Origin: Octopus bimaculoides
Taxonomy: Eukaryota
Direction: 5' to 3'
DNA length: 45,648 nt
NCBI RefSeq assembly: GCF_001194135.2
Contig: NC_068984.1
Span: 72,995,671-73,041,318 of the forward strand
How positions within the stretch are numbered: the first letter of the stretch is position 1; each line of letters starts with the position of its first letter. The notes beneath the pieces are model-generated. The model was not told the DNA's origin and did not search any database. It saw only the letters and a list, made by a program, of their open reading frames with translations. Both the position numbers and the translations under genes were made by a program. Below are positions 26,890 through 38,167 of this stretch, piece by piece.

Positions 26890-27439
26890 ATAATAATAAT
26901 AAATGGAGCAAAACGCATATAAATAAAAGTTCCTTTAATTCCTACACATGTTTCAAAATAAATGAGAGCACTTTCACAAAGAAGAAAGAGCTGCTGAGAT
27001 TCCTCATATATTTCTCTTCGGGGAGTTCATAATAAAACATATAATAGCAAGACAAAAATGAAATGATGAGGTAACTTACGAGCAGAGATGTTACATGGCC
27101 AGTGACCGTTAGAAGGTTTGTTTACATAGAGATATAAAGGGGTCAATGATATTATTCCATGGGCTTTAGGAATAACAACGCTTGTTTACATAGAGATATA
27201 AAGGGAGGGGGTTGTAAACGTGATGCTAAAGGTTAAACGTGATGCGTAAGTTACGTCATCATTTCGTTTTTGTCTTGCTATTATGTTTTATTATGAACTC
27301 CCTGAAGAGAAATATATGAGGAATCCCAGCTGATCTTTCTTCTTTGTGAAAGTGCTCTCATTTATTTTGAAACATGTGTAGGAATTAAAGGAACTTTTAT
27401 TTATATGCGTTTTGCCCCATTTATTATTATTATCCATAT
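26884..27439. mobile_element. Fold-back element: ~196-bp inverted arms (26884-27080 / 27245-27439), 164-bp spacer, hammerhead in each arm
   Basis: Arms are near-perfect reverse complements; left end abuts (TA)n; spacer has a 24-bp direct repeat at 27118-27141 and 27182-27205. Confidence 0.9.
27296..27386 (+). ncRNA. Type-I hammerhead ribozyme, complete core (mirror copy 26937-27027 minus strand has CCGAAGA)
   Basis: Stem I AACTCC 27296-301 / GGAATT 27381-86 (5 of 6 pairs); CUGAAGA 27302-08; long stem II GAAATA-T-ATGAGG / TCTCAT-T-TATTTT; GAAAC 27369-73; self-complementary AUGU loop; GUA 27378-80. Confidence 0.75.
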
Positions 27440-27592
27440 CTTCTCAAAATGTATCACTTTAACTTGGTATCTCTACCTGTAAAACGGTTGTGATATCTTG
27501 TTTTTTAGTGTAATTTTGCTACCTCTGGTAACTATTAGCATATTTAAATTATCAAAGGTTTTAATAACTGAGATAATATTAATATATACATA

Positions 27593-27647
<55 letters not shown>

Positions 27648-28460
27648 TAGGTAGGTAGGTAGGTAGATAGATAGAGACGGGGAAGAAAGAGAGACAGAGA
27701 ATAGATAGATAGAGAATGAAAGGGATAGTGTGTGTATGTGTGTGTGTGACAGAAGCATTCACTGAATATTTAGAAATAATATGTGTTGTTCAAATATTTG
27801 GGCTTTAATTAACCTTTCTCGGGATGCTACTCAATTTCTCTATTTTTAGTTATTTATAACGAAACTCTAAAACTAAGTTTAATGTCCATGAATATGTTTT
27901 CCTTATATGAGCTCAATGTGAGCTCAGACTTGTAAGAAATATGGACATTTCTAATAAATAAGTATCATTTTTATCACAGTGCATATTCCGCTTGTGATGT
28001 CAATCCATTATTAATTTATCGTCTGCAAAGCCCTGGTTTATATAACTGTAGATGATGACGTGAAAAATTAAACTTAAGGAACTGAACAATAATCATATTT
28101 GTCTTGTAGAAAAGAAAGGTCTCGACGAGAAAAGGAGAAATATTTCAACTGGAGCTATCTTAGATGAAGCTGAAGCATAACTCTTTTAATACAGAATGTA
28201 TAAATCCATTACTCTAAAGACAAGCTAATCCAGTGATTGGCGGAATAATGGCCCCTGTATCTTTCAAAATTAGACTCTTGAAGCATACAAACACAATTAT
28301 CTAATGAACAAATGCCGATAATACCGTTAACAGCATCATTCAGATAAAATTCTCTGCTATAGTAGAATAGTAGAATTAAGAACAATAAATAACAGATATA
28401 TTTGAACTTCTTATTCAATACTCTGTGTGTGTGTGTGTGTACATATGTACATATATATGT

Positions 28461-28840
28461 GGAGGCGCAATGGCCCAGTGGTTAGGGCAGCGGACTCGCG
28501 GTCATAGGGTCGCGGTTTCGATTCCCAGACTGGGCGTCGTGAGTGTTTATTGAGCGAAAACACCTAAAGCTCCACGAGGCTCCGGCAGGGGATGGTGGCG
28601 AACCCTGCTGTACTCTTCCACCACAACTTTCTCTCACTCTTACTTGCTGTTTCTGTTGTGGCTGTAATTCAAAGGGTCAGCCTTGTCACACTGTGTCACG
28701 CTGAATCTCCCCGAGAACTACTTTAAGGGTACACGTGTCTGTGGAGTGCTCAGCCACTTGCACGTTAATTTCACGAGCAGGCTGTTCCGATGATCGGATC
28801 AAATAGAACCCTCGACGTCGTAAGCGACGGAGTGCCAGCA
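28461..28840 (+). mobile_element. Full-length tRNA-derived SINE (head resembles tRNA-Arg)
   Basis: A box TGGCCCAGTGG 28471-81; B box GTTTCGATTCC 28515-25; TCG at the anticodon-like position; tail shared with 23957-24280. Confidence 0.9.
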
Positions 28841-29213
28841 ACAGTACATATATATATATATACATATGCATGCATGGTAGCATGTATGAGATCTTCGTAC
28901 ATATATATATATATATGCATATATATGCACACACGTACATGCATAGAATACCAATCATTAGTACAACAAAATACAAATATAATTCATAATGAGTCCTCCT
29001 GGCACTTCAGGAAATTAAGAATAATATTTAGAGAAGATAATGTATAATTTATATTCGGAAAGAAGGTAAGAAGGAAATAAATAAATATATATCTATATGT
29101 TTATGTATTGGCAATTGTTTTGTACATTTACAGACATCTAAGTATTGTATATGTGTATATACATAAATACGTATGTGAATATATGTGTGCAGGTATACAT
29201 ATATATGCAAATG

Positions 29214-29293
<80 letters not shown>

Positions 29294-29374
29294 CTTATAT
29301 ATACACACATATATATACATGCATATATATATACATATAAATATGGGTGCGTGTGTTTACACATATAATTATTT

Positions 29375-29428
<54 letters not shown>

Positions 29429-29599
29429 CAGACGTGCACATATAGTCGTGTTAGATGTATAAAATACATGAGGCAAACTAATTGTTTATTGTGATAAGTA
29501 AACTGACAGTATGACTTGTTAAAATTCGTGTATGCATTGGTGATAGTTTATGTATAGTAAGTATATTAAATAAAGTTTTTGGAAGAGATTATAAAAGGG

Positions 29600-31110
29600 A
29601 ACAACCGAGGTGGATACAGAATTATAGCAGACAAAAGTCTCTTCATATCTGTCTATAGAGTAATGTATCTTGCCAAAATGATTCTGTAGGAGAAAATTTG
29701 CAAGTGAACGCACCTTCTCCTTTCCTAAAATGGACCAACATCTATGGATGTGCCTGAACCTAGAATGCAACTACCACCATCTGAAGAGCACGAAACGAGC
29801 GAAAAATACAAATAAACAGCAAAGACAGGAGTGCAACAACACCAATACAAAATGGTACCACATTTCACCTCTTACAACCAAACAACAAAGACAGAACTAT
29901 AGGAAAATCATAACACCAAATAACTTTACCATGAACAATGTATCATCTGTCCAATTGGAAAACCAAAGAGGTAACTCTTTTTCACCTACTTATCTATAAA
30001 ATATGAAGACCGACCTAATCCCGGAGATCCAACGAGGTATCAGTAGTAGTATATGCAAAACACAAGGAACACACTCCCACCATCAGATAGAACATCACTC
30101 CACACACACAGCTCCATGCAAAAACTACCCTCATTGCTACATCTGAACAACATAACACATAATACTAAGCACTTAGAACAGTACAAACAACAAATTATAC
30201 TTGCCACGACATTCCTGCTAAATATACGTGGCTCACTACTCCATCATCCACTGCCCTAAAATGGAAGATCCCATACATAGTAAGACGGCTTGCCGAAACG
30301 GTACATTGCATCCCTTTCTATATCCTTACTGAAACTCATCGAAACAGCGCTCACATGGATGCCGAGATGAAAATAAAAAGTTTCACCATCATCAGTGCAG
30401 ATCGCACAGACCTACATAAAGGAAGAACAGCCATTTCTCTTCACGAATCTTTTGCAGTTGATGCCAAGGGCATTTTCCAATGGCTACTGTGAATCCATAT
30501 CGTTATTCAACTAGGTCAATTACATAACCATTGTTCGTTTCTACAGGCCTCCCCAAGCATCCCTAAAGTGCTTGAAGAATGCCTCAACAAAATCAAGTCC
30601 TTCCTTCAAATGTACAACTCGGGAAACATACTGGTGATGGGTGACTTTAACCTGCCTTATGAAAACTGTCCCCAAAATACTCTGAAGTTAGGCAACTGTA
30701 CTACGCCAGATACAGCATCAGCAGACTTACTCTTTAGTCTAATGGATGAACGTTTTCTGACATAGCTAGCGCTCGAACCAACAGGACAGAATAAAGTGAT
30801 CCTGGATCTCATATTAACAAACCACTCTAGCGCCATCCACAGCATTTCAATTGTAAAGAATCTCCTCTCGGATCACGACATGGTACTCTGCAACTTTAAT
30901 TTTCGGCATATCAAAACCAAACCAGTTATTCGCACTCCACTGCACTTATTTGACATCATAAGCTTCCACAAAGCGGACTGAGGAGCAGTCAGAAAGGATC
31001 TATCCTTTATCGACTAGTCATTCATTCTCAGTTCCACTGACATTGAAATCACATGGCAGCGCTTTGAAGACATTGTCACCTATACATGCTCAAAACACGT
31101 TCTTACGTAA
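29600..31110 (+). mobile_element. Decayed CR1-group LINE: Cys/His-rich ORF1 remnant plus APE endonuclease, RT absent
   Basis: ORF1-like ...MCLNLECNYHHLKSTKR. APE motifs ILTETH, ADR, FYRPP, VMGDFN, LDLILTN and LSDH across several frames with stops. Confidence 0.8.
30260..31110 (+). pseudogene. APE-type endonuclease of a non-LTR retrotransposon (disrupted)
   Basis: ORF pieces 30568-30765 and 30796-30981 carry GDFN and SDH and are separated by a stop; frameshifts upstream. Confidence 0.85.
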
Positions 31111-32426
31111 TTCATTTGAACTCAGAACGTAAAGACAGACGAAATGCCGTTGCAAATCAACGGTTCGAAAAATTAGTTATTTCATGTTCTCACCAGGTTT
31201 ATAAATTCTTACATCAAAAGTAAGTATGCATATAAGTATTCGTATATAGATAGATACACATGCACACTCTCGTGTACATTTATACAGATACACACAGATA
31301 TGCGAAGATAAGTCATAAATGCCTGCGATTCCTTTTATACAAAAATGATTTGCTCATGATGTGTTAGAGAACGCATTCTATATTTGATATCAGATAAAGT
31401 AAGAAACAAATTTGAAGGATGTTGCATTGTATTCATCATCCTTTATAATGATATGATTCCAATTTCCTCATGGTATATTAATGATATATCATAGATATTT
31501 TTAAACCGATCCGTACATGAAAAGAAGTTGATTTTAGATCCAATAGAGTTTAATTGAATCAAACTGAGAAAAAGAAAAATCAATCATCATCAGTTGCCAA
31601 AAAACTGACTGGCGTGATTCTTTAAAAATATTTGCTGACATAATTTCGTTCAAAAAGTATATTATGATATTGGCATTGGATAATATTTTAAAATCTTATA
31701 TTATGATATAAAAACGTCGATAGATGAGTCAGTAGGGTACCGAATAAAAAGTGAGATGTATTGAAGTTCAGCATAAAGGAGCAATGTTTTGTATTTACGG
31801 TCGAAGAAATAATTTCTGAAATGAAATTCATATATTTAAAGAAAGGGTCGTCAATTGCATGGTATGCCTTGTCAGCAGATACAAATTCCTTTGTCTTTTG
31901 CTATGTTGTATTATTTAGAATTATCATTGTGTTTATTTGCATTATTTCAACTCTCACATTTTCTCCTTTTCAGAATTTATCTAATTTAAAATCACTTTTG
32001 CGTACACCAATAAACCATTTCTTTTCAGTTTCGGTATTGTTTAGATTTGAAGTGACGCTAGTAAAGATATACCATAAACCAATCTTCTTTCCGACAGATA
32101 GATAAGAACATCTTATGTTGGATATCCATATCTAGAACCTGAAGGTGAACAATATTCCACACATCATCAAGTGCGGTGATCAGCGCCATACGTTAATAGG
32201 TCAAGAAGCTACAGATTTTGTATAGCGGATGTTGTTACGTAGGTAAAACGTTAATGTTCGAAAATGCAGTACATAGATAATTCTATATTCTGTATATTCC
32301 TCATTTTGTCCTGTTCTGGTGTTTTGCGAAATTTTTCTGGAGAACATTATTTTCCTTTGTGGTTGGGTCGTTGCTGACCTCTTTCTAGCATATTGGATAT
32401 CAACCTAGTGGTCATCCCTTATACAC

Positions 32427-32465
<39 letters not shown>

Positions 32466-33063
32466 TGTGTCTTGGAAACATACAAGCTTATAAAAAGAAG
32501 AAGAAAGTTACTTAATTACTTTGCTCATTATGTTGAAGAGGAGGTTGAGGAAGATGATTAATGACGGTAATGTAAGACGAGTATGAAGATGACAATGGCG
32601 GTGATATTCGTCTCGATCATCATATTGATGATAAGGATGAGTACAATTTGGTTGATGAGTATAATAATGATGAACTTATTCATTTGATCATGATGATATA
32701 ACGAGAATTGTGATTATGATAATTGTGAACCTGAAACAAGACCTCTATATTTGCTATGTTGGCATTCCATGATTTTATGTAAACACAAACAACTATCTAC
32801 AACCTCAAAAAATATATAAAATGCATTGTAAAATGAGATGGATATTCAAAGCAATCTTACAAACTTTAAAATGGACGTTAAAAGTGTGTCTTGTGATTTG
32901 ATATGCATAGTGTCAGAAAGTCATTGACATAACGGGTATCACTTACAGGATACATAATTGAAACGAATTATTTGTTATTTTTATTTATATATAATTAGAT
33001 TTATTTTTATCTATATATAATTATATTTTCATCTTATCCTATATTCTCGTTTTCATTGTATGT

Positions 33064-33139
<76 letters not shown>

Positions 33140-35775
33140 ATGCTCGTAACCGTATTTATTTCTTTGTAAATCTCTCTTACACTCACTCTCTATATATGCG
33201 TGTATTAATTAGCTCTTATAAACGTTGCTGAGTATAATTTTATTCGTGAATTAATAAGATCGTTCAATTGTCAGACTTGTCCGCTCAGTACGTTTTCTTG
33301 TCTGCACGTTAAGGTACCAAAACCGAGGCAACAGTTACCTTTTATCTCTCTGGGGTTGATGTATTAAAAAAATAATAAATAAATAAAAAACGATCACGTA
33401 TTCAGGTTGACATACTCAACTAATGCACTTCTTCTAATTACGATCAATGCGATAAAGTAAATTAGGGGAAATTTAAAAAATATTATTTATCAATTCATCA
33501 AGTTTTGTTTCAGTGACCTATTCCGATAATTTAACTTCGACTCTGAAATCGAATAAGAAAAGCTCATATCTTTCAGTCGACTTGAATGATATAACAGCCT
33601 AAAGGGAGATGTCTCTGAAATGAAACACCAGTATCATGAACAAGAAAGAATACATTAAATAAGGTAGTATTAATAACTTGTAAAGACAGATGTTCTTATG
33701 AATTAAATTATTTGGATGCTTCTTTTTACAATCAAAGATGAGCTGCGAACAAACCAACAACATCAGCTAATAGGATTATCACCACCGCCACAACTGCTAC
33801 CACCGTCTTCACCAGACACAGTTCAGCCAGGAGCAGCATAACCACGGCTAATAAATTCTTCTCCAACACTACGTAATTTTCAACAAAAAGTGTAAAATGT
33901 CTTTCTACTACATCTAGACATTGTAGAAGGTCGACGCAAAAACAAATTTTTCTTTCTCGTCGCTTGACCTGCTAGGAATAACACCCATATATTATCCAAA
34001 GTAGGCCAATTCCAACATAAAAATATAAATGGTGCATTAAGCAGTTTTCTCAGTCAGTAGGAGAGTAAAAGATTATTAAACACAACACTTTCACTCACTG
34101 CCATATACTGTATGGTTATTAACACTCAAGTAGCATTTACAACCATCCGACACAACACTTCCAGTACAATTTCTGACTAGGAAACGGAAAACAAAGAAAA
34201 TTAAATAGTGCAGAGTCTCCCCTCAAAGGATTGAGAGCATGAGCTGATACCAGAATTCTAAATGGCGCATTTACTCTGACAGCTAGCCTGTACAACTACA
34301 TCACTAAAATATTTTAGGTATGTGCCAAACCACAAAAGCGGAAAGAATGTCGAATGCCATAATTTTCGAGCAGGGTAGCAGGAAGCTGTGGTAACGATAG
34401 AAAAATTATTAAACGCACACGCTGTATCAAATTTAAACCCTTATATAGGTAGAAAATTAGTTGAATTAGGACTTGTCTTACAGGTTAATGAGACTTATTA
34501 CTGGTGCCATGCAAACCAGTACTGTCTGCTTCATGGCTGGGTGGTCGACCAATAAACTGGCTATCTCACTTGAGTAGTTTGCTTTTCTCGTGCGGAGGGT
34601 ATCTGTCAAAAAGCAAATAAACTCCCTGTGGGTTAACTGCCATCCAGTTGGGGAAGGCAATAGCAAAACACTCCAATATCTCTGGCAAGAAAAGCTGGGA
34701 TGCCACGCATTTAATCAGGAAGACTTTCGTTGTATTGCCATCAACGCGCTGCAAAAGCGTACGATACACAATGACGACAAGGGCGATCTAAATAAGATAC
34801 TAATTATGCCACAGGTTTTGACCCAATTTAACACGATAAGTTTGTTTTCAAGCATACATTAAAATATTTTCTTTTACGTGGTAATTTTTGACACCCAATA
34901 GGCCACTCGATACTATATATCTCAGGCGTGTATACAACTATTAATGTAATACGCTGTAATAAATGATATCAAAGTTTGAGGTTTTCCATCTTTCTGGTAG
35001 AAGTGAAAGATACCTATATCTACTGAATAAGGAACGTCTATAACTTCCGCAATTTTAAGGTAACAATGAGAAACATCGAGATCCTCGTATGACCCTTGTA
35101 TATGCATGGAATTTTGTGCTATTCAGTTATACAACAAAAGCAAAAACGAGGATACTAGGTACTTACCCGTCACAAGGATTTTAACAAAGTAAACAATAAA
35201 AAGAGAGAATTACTATTCCCCTTAAGCTTTATGCTAAAGTGCTAAGAAACATCATTGTTTCATAATATTGCCCTCAGAATGTATAAAATGTCGAGTGAAA
35301 CTTTGAAATTTAGTGCATTAAAAATGAACAGCATATAATTCTAACAATTGCATAATGACACCTACACTAAAATAGGAAAATCTTTTAGTAAGATATGATT
35401 ATCCGAATTGAATGTTACAGTGCGCATGATTTCCATGTAGGGGAGTTCCACACAAAAAGAAAAGAGAAAACAAAAATACTTTTAAGTAGTGTATGTAGCA
35501 CAAAAATTATCTGAGTGACTGCTGAAGGAAATATTGTACACAAAGATATCTGAATGACAAAGTAAACATAGGTTAACCTCACCTATACTACAGGCACACC
35601 CTAAAGCGATTTTAAAAAGGAATTATATGAAATTAAATATCCATAACAGTTATCATGATCACTTGCGGTCAACAACATACACACACACACACACACACGC
35701 ACACATGTATATACATATACATATTTCGATATATACACACATACATACATGCTTACATACATACATGCATACATA

Positions 35776-36938
35776 TTGGGTTGCCAACTAAATTTCGCGC
35801 CGTTTTTTTAAATTTTGGAATCTTGTTTTTTATTCTAATTAACTTTAGCTATTTTTTATTATTTTCAGATCATTAAAATGGAATGTCAAGTGAAGAAACA
35901 CGAGAATTTTCAACACCTCCTTCTGTTTGCTTTTAATCAAGGTTCTAAGGCCACAAAAGCTGATCGCGACATTTGTGCTGTGTATGGGGAGGGTGCCATA
36001 GTTGAAAGAACCGCCCGTGATTGGTATGCTAAGTTCAAAAATGGAAATTTTGATCTGAAAGACGCACCTCGTTCTGGCCGTCCAGTTGACTCCGATGAAG
36101 AGCGATTAAACCAACTTTTGCAGCTCCCGCACTGCTATAGAGAAGCATCTTCACTCGATGGGAGAAGTTCAGATGTATGGAGCATGTGTTCTGCATGCTT
36201 TAAGTGACAACAACAAAAATCAACGAGCCACAATTTCTACTGGTTTGCTTGCTCGTCACCGCTCAACTCATGGAAGCAAGCAACGATTTCTTTACCGAAT
36301 CGTTACTGGCTACGAAAAATGGGGCCTGTATATCAATATGAAGCAGCCTAAGGTATGACTTAGTACCGGTAAACAAGCGATACCGCGCGTGAAACAAGAT
36401 CTTCATCCGCTGAAAACGATGTCGTGGTCGGACTGGGAAGGGATTATCCATTATGAATTGCTTGAACGGAACAACACAGTCAACGCGGAACTCTACGTTC
36501 AGCATATGGAACGACTTAACACGACTATTCAAGAGAAAACACCTAATCGGCAGCATAGAGTTCTTCTGCTGCACAACAACGCCCGCCCTCATATCGCCAA
36601 TATGACCAAGGAAGCCATTCAAACGTATAGCTGGAAGTGCTGCCACACTTACCGTACTCTTCTGATTTGGCACTAATGGATTTCGATCTCTTTCAAGTGC
36701 TATGCGCGGAGTTTAGTTCAATACTGATGCAGAATTGAGATCTTGGCTGGATCAATTTTCGAGTCGAAAGTGGTTGATTTCTACCAACGAGGTGTTGAAA
36801 ATATTGTTGAACGTTGGGAAGAAGTTGTAAACAACAAGTGTGAATACATTATTGATTAAGTAGTTGTTAAGTTTTATTAAACCTTTAAAAAATTTAAATC
36901 TAAAAAAAAAAACGGTGGGGACTTAGTTGCCAACCCAA
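35776..36938 (+). mobile_element. Mariner (DD34D-type) transposon, near full length, non-functional
   Basis: TIRs TTGGGTTGCCAACTAAATTTCGCGCCGTTTTT and (reverse complement) TTGGGTTGGCAACTAAGTTCCCACCGTTTTT; TA at 35774-75 and 36939-40. Confidence 0.95.
35878..36859 (+). pseudogene. Mariner transposase pseudogene
   Basis: MECQVKKHE...PRSGRP, ACVLHAL (WVPHxL site), IVTGYEKW, LLHNNARPH, YSSDLA..DF.LF, ...EYIID*; frameshifts and an internal deletion shortly after SGRP. Confidence 0.95.
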
Positions 36939-37249
36939 TATTACAAATACTCGGTTTCACGGAAAAAGAGGGAAAGAAACTGACGCCGATTCTCCAAATT
37001 CAATATATTAGTGGCACTGTAAACAATTTGTAAGGTATTCTATAAATTCTCCATCTGAGATTTTTATGTGAATAAGTGTAAATAGATGCACGCACTTAGG
37101 TGTATGCTTCGACCGTTGAACCAGTGCAGCAATTCAACCACATATTTACAAACCCCCGGAACCATCGATTGGAGCGTTGGGTTCTTGAGAGAAACACTGT
37201 ATCTCACGTTGCTTTGCGATCGTTTCGATACCAGACGCGCGGCCCACTG

Positions 37250-37540
37250 TCCACAATCCCAGGCAACGTCGATTTGATATAGGGAGTGTGGTAATGTACA
37301 GCACAAAATATTGATCACTCTAAACAAATTCTGTGTGCAAGTCGTTTGGTAAAAAAGCTGAACACTCATATGTCGTCTTCGACGGGAGAGGCCACTATAT
37401 ACATATACAGAATATGGTTTGAAGAAATCAAGGTGAATAGCTGAGTCAACTCTCCATGTGATAAACCTGGCAAACAATATGCCCAGTGAAGAGAATGGTA
37501 ATTCACGTAAGTAATATATACCAGCCACTCTGCACAAACT
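37250..37540 (-). mobile_element. Possible C-terminal RT-ORF remnant of a CR1-like LINE
   Basis: Weak resemblance of YLREL.FSSL... and RRRH...LF...RVINI...LPHS to the CR1 ORF2 C-terminus; not verified. Confidence 0.25.
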
Positions 37541-38118
37541 GTAAACTCGAGGTTATTCACCAATCAGTAGATTGGTACACAAATAACAGAGTATAACAAC
37601 AAAACAAAAATTAATAATTATATTACAAAAGTTTGTTCAAGTATAAACCTATCGAATGGCTTAAAGAACTGTTTCCACGCTGTACACTGGCTTCTAAGCA
37701 TAATTAATCAATTCATTAATCACTTGACTAATAAAACAGTTAGCGGCCAATCATTCACTTCAGAGCTTGAAAGTTATTATGGTAGAATTTCAAATTTTGT
37801 TTTAAACAGAACTTGTGTAAGTGGGGTTGCAGATAAGAGGTCAACATGTTATCCAGATGATAGTCTGCAAGAATGAATCTTAGAGAAGGCTACTACGATC
37901 TAAAAACTTTAATTGTCAGCCAATCTAATGGGTGATTAGTAACGGAATGTAGAATAGATAAGTTAAATATCTGCCTCTATTTCATTCGAGATGTTCCAGG
38001 TTTTTACGGTTATAGTGAATTCAGTTATGCAAAATAGATTAAACACAAATATGTTGGATGTAATAGTTAAGAATTAGGTTAAAATTTAATAAATTGTTAG
38101 GAAACGAATGCTTGGAAG

Positions 38119-38167
<49 letters not shown>

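Noticed and set aside
28110-28180. Possible terminal exon (E)KKGLDEKRRNISTGAILDEAEA* after ttgtcttgtag
   Set aside because: Too short to distinguish from chance; no partner exons.
28461-28535. tRNA-like cloverleaf start
   Set aside because: It is a SINE head continuing into the SINE body, with no acceptor-stem closure.
29769-29790. CTGAAGA-gcac-GAAAC here and GTTTC-acca-TCATCAG near 30380
   Set aside because: No room for stem II, and both lie in LINE coding sequence.
31300-32250. 114-aa ORF at 31761 and long, sparsely interrupted antisense frames
   Set aside because: AT-rich composition with no recognisable domain or consistent reading frame.
37064-37537. 157-aa minus-strand ORF as a host gene
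   Set aside because: No recognisable host domain; at best a weak LINE-like relic.
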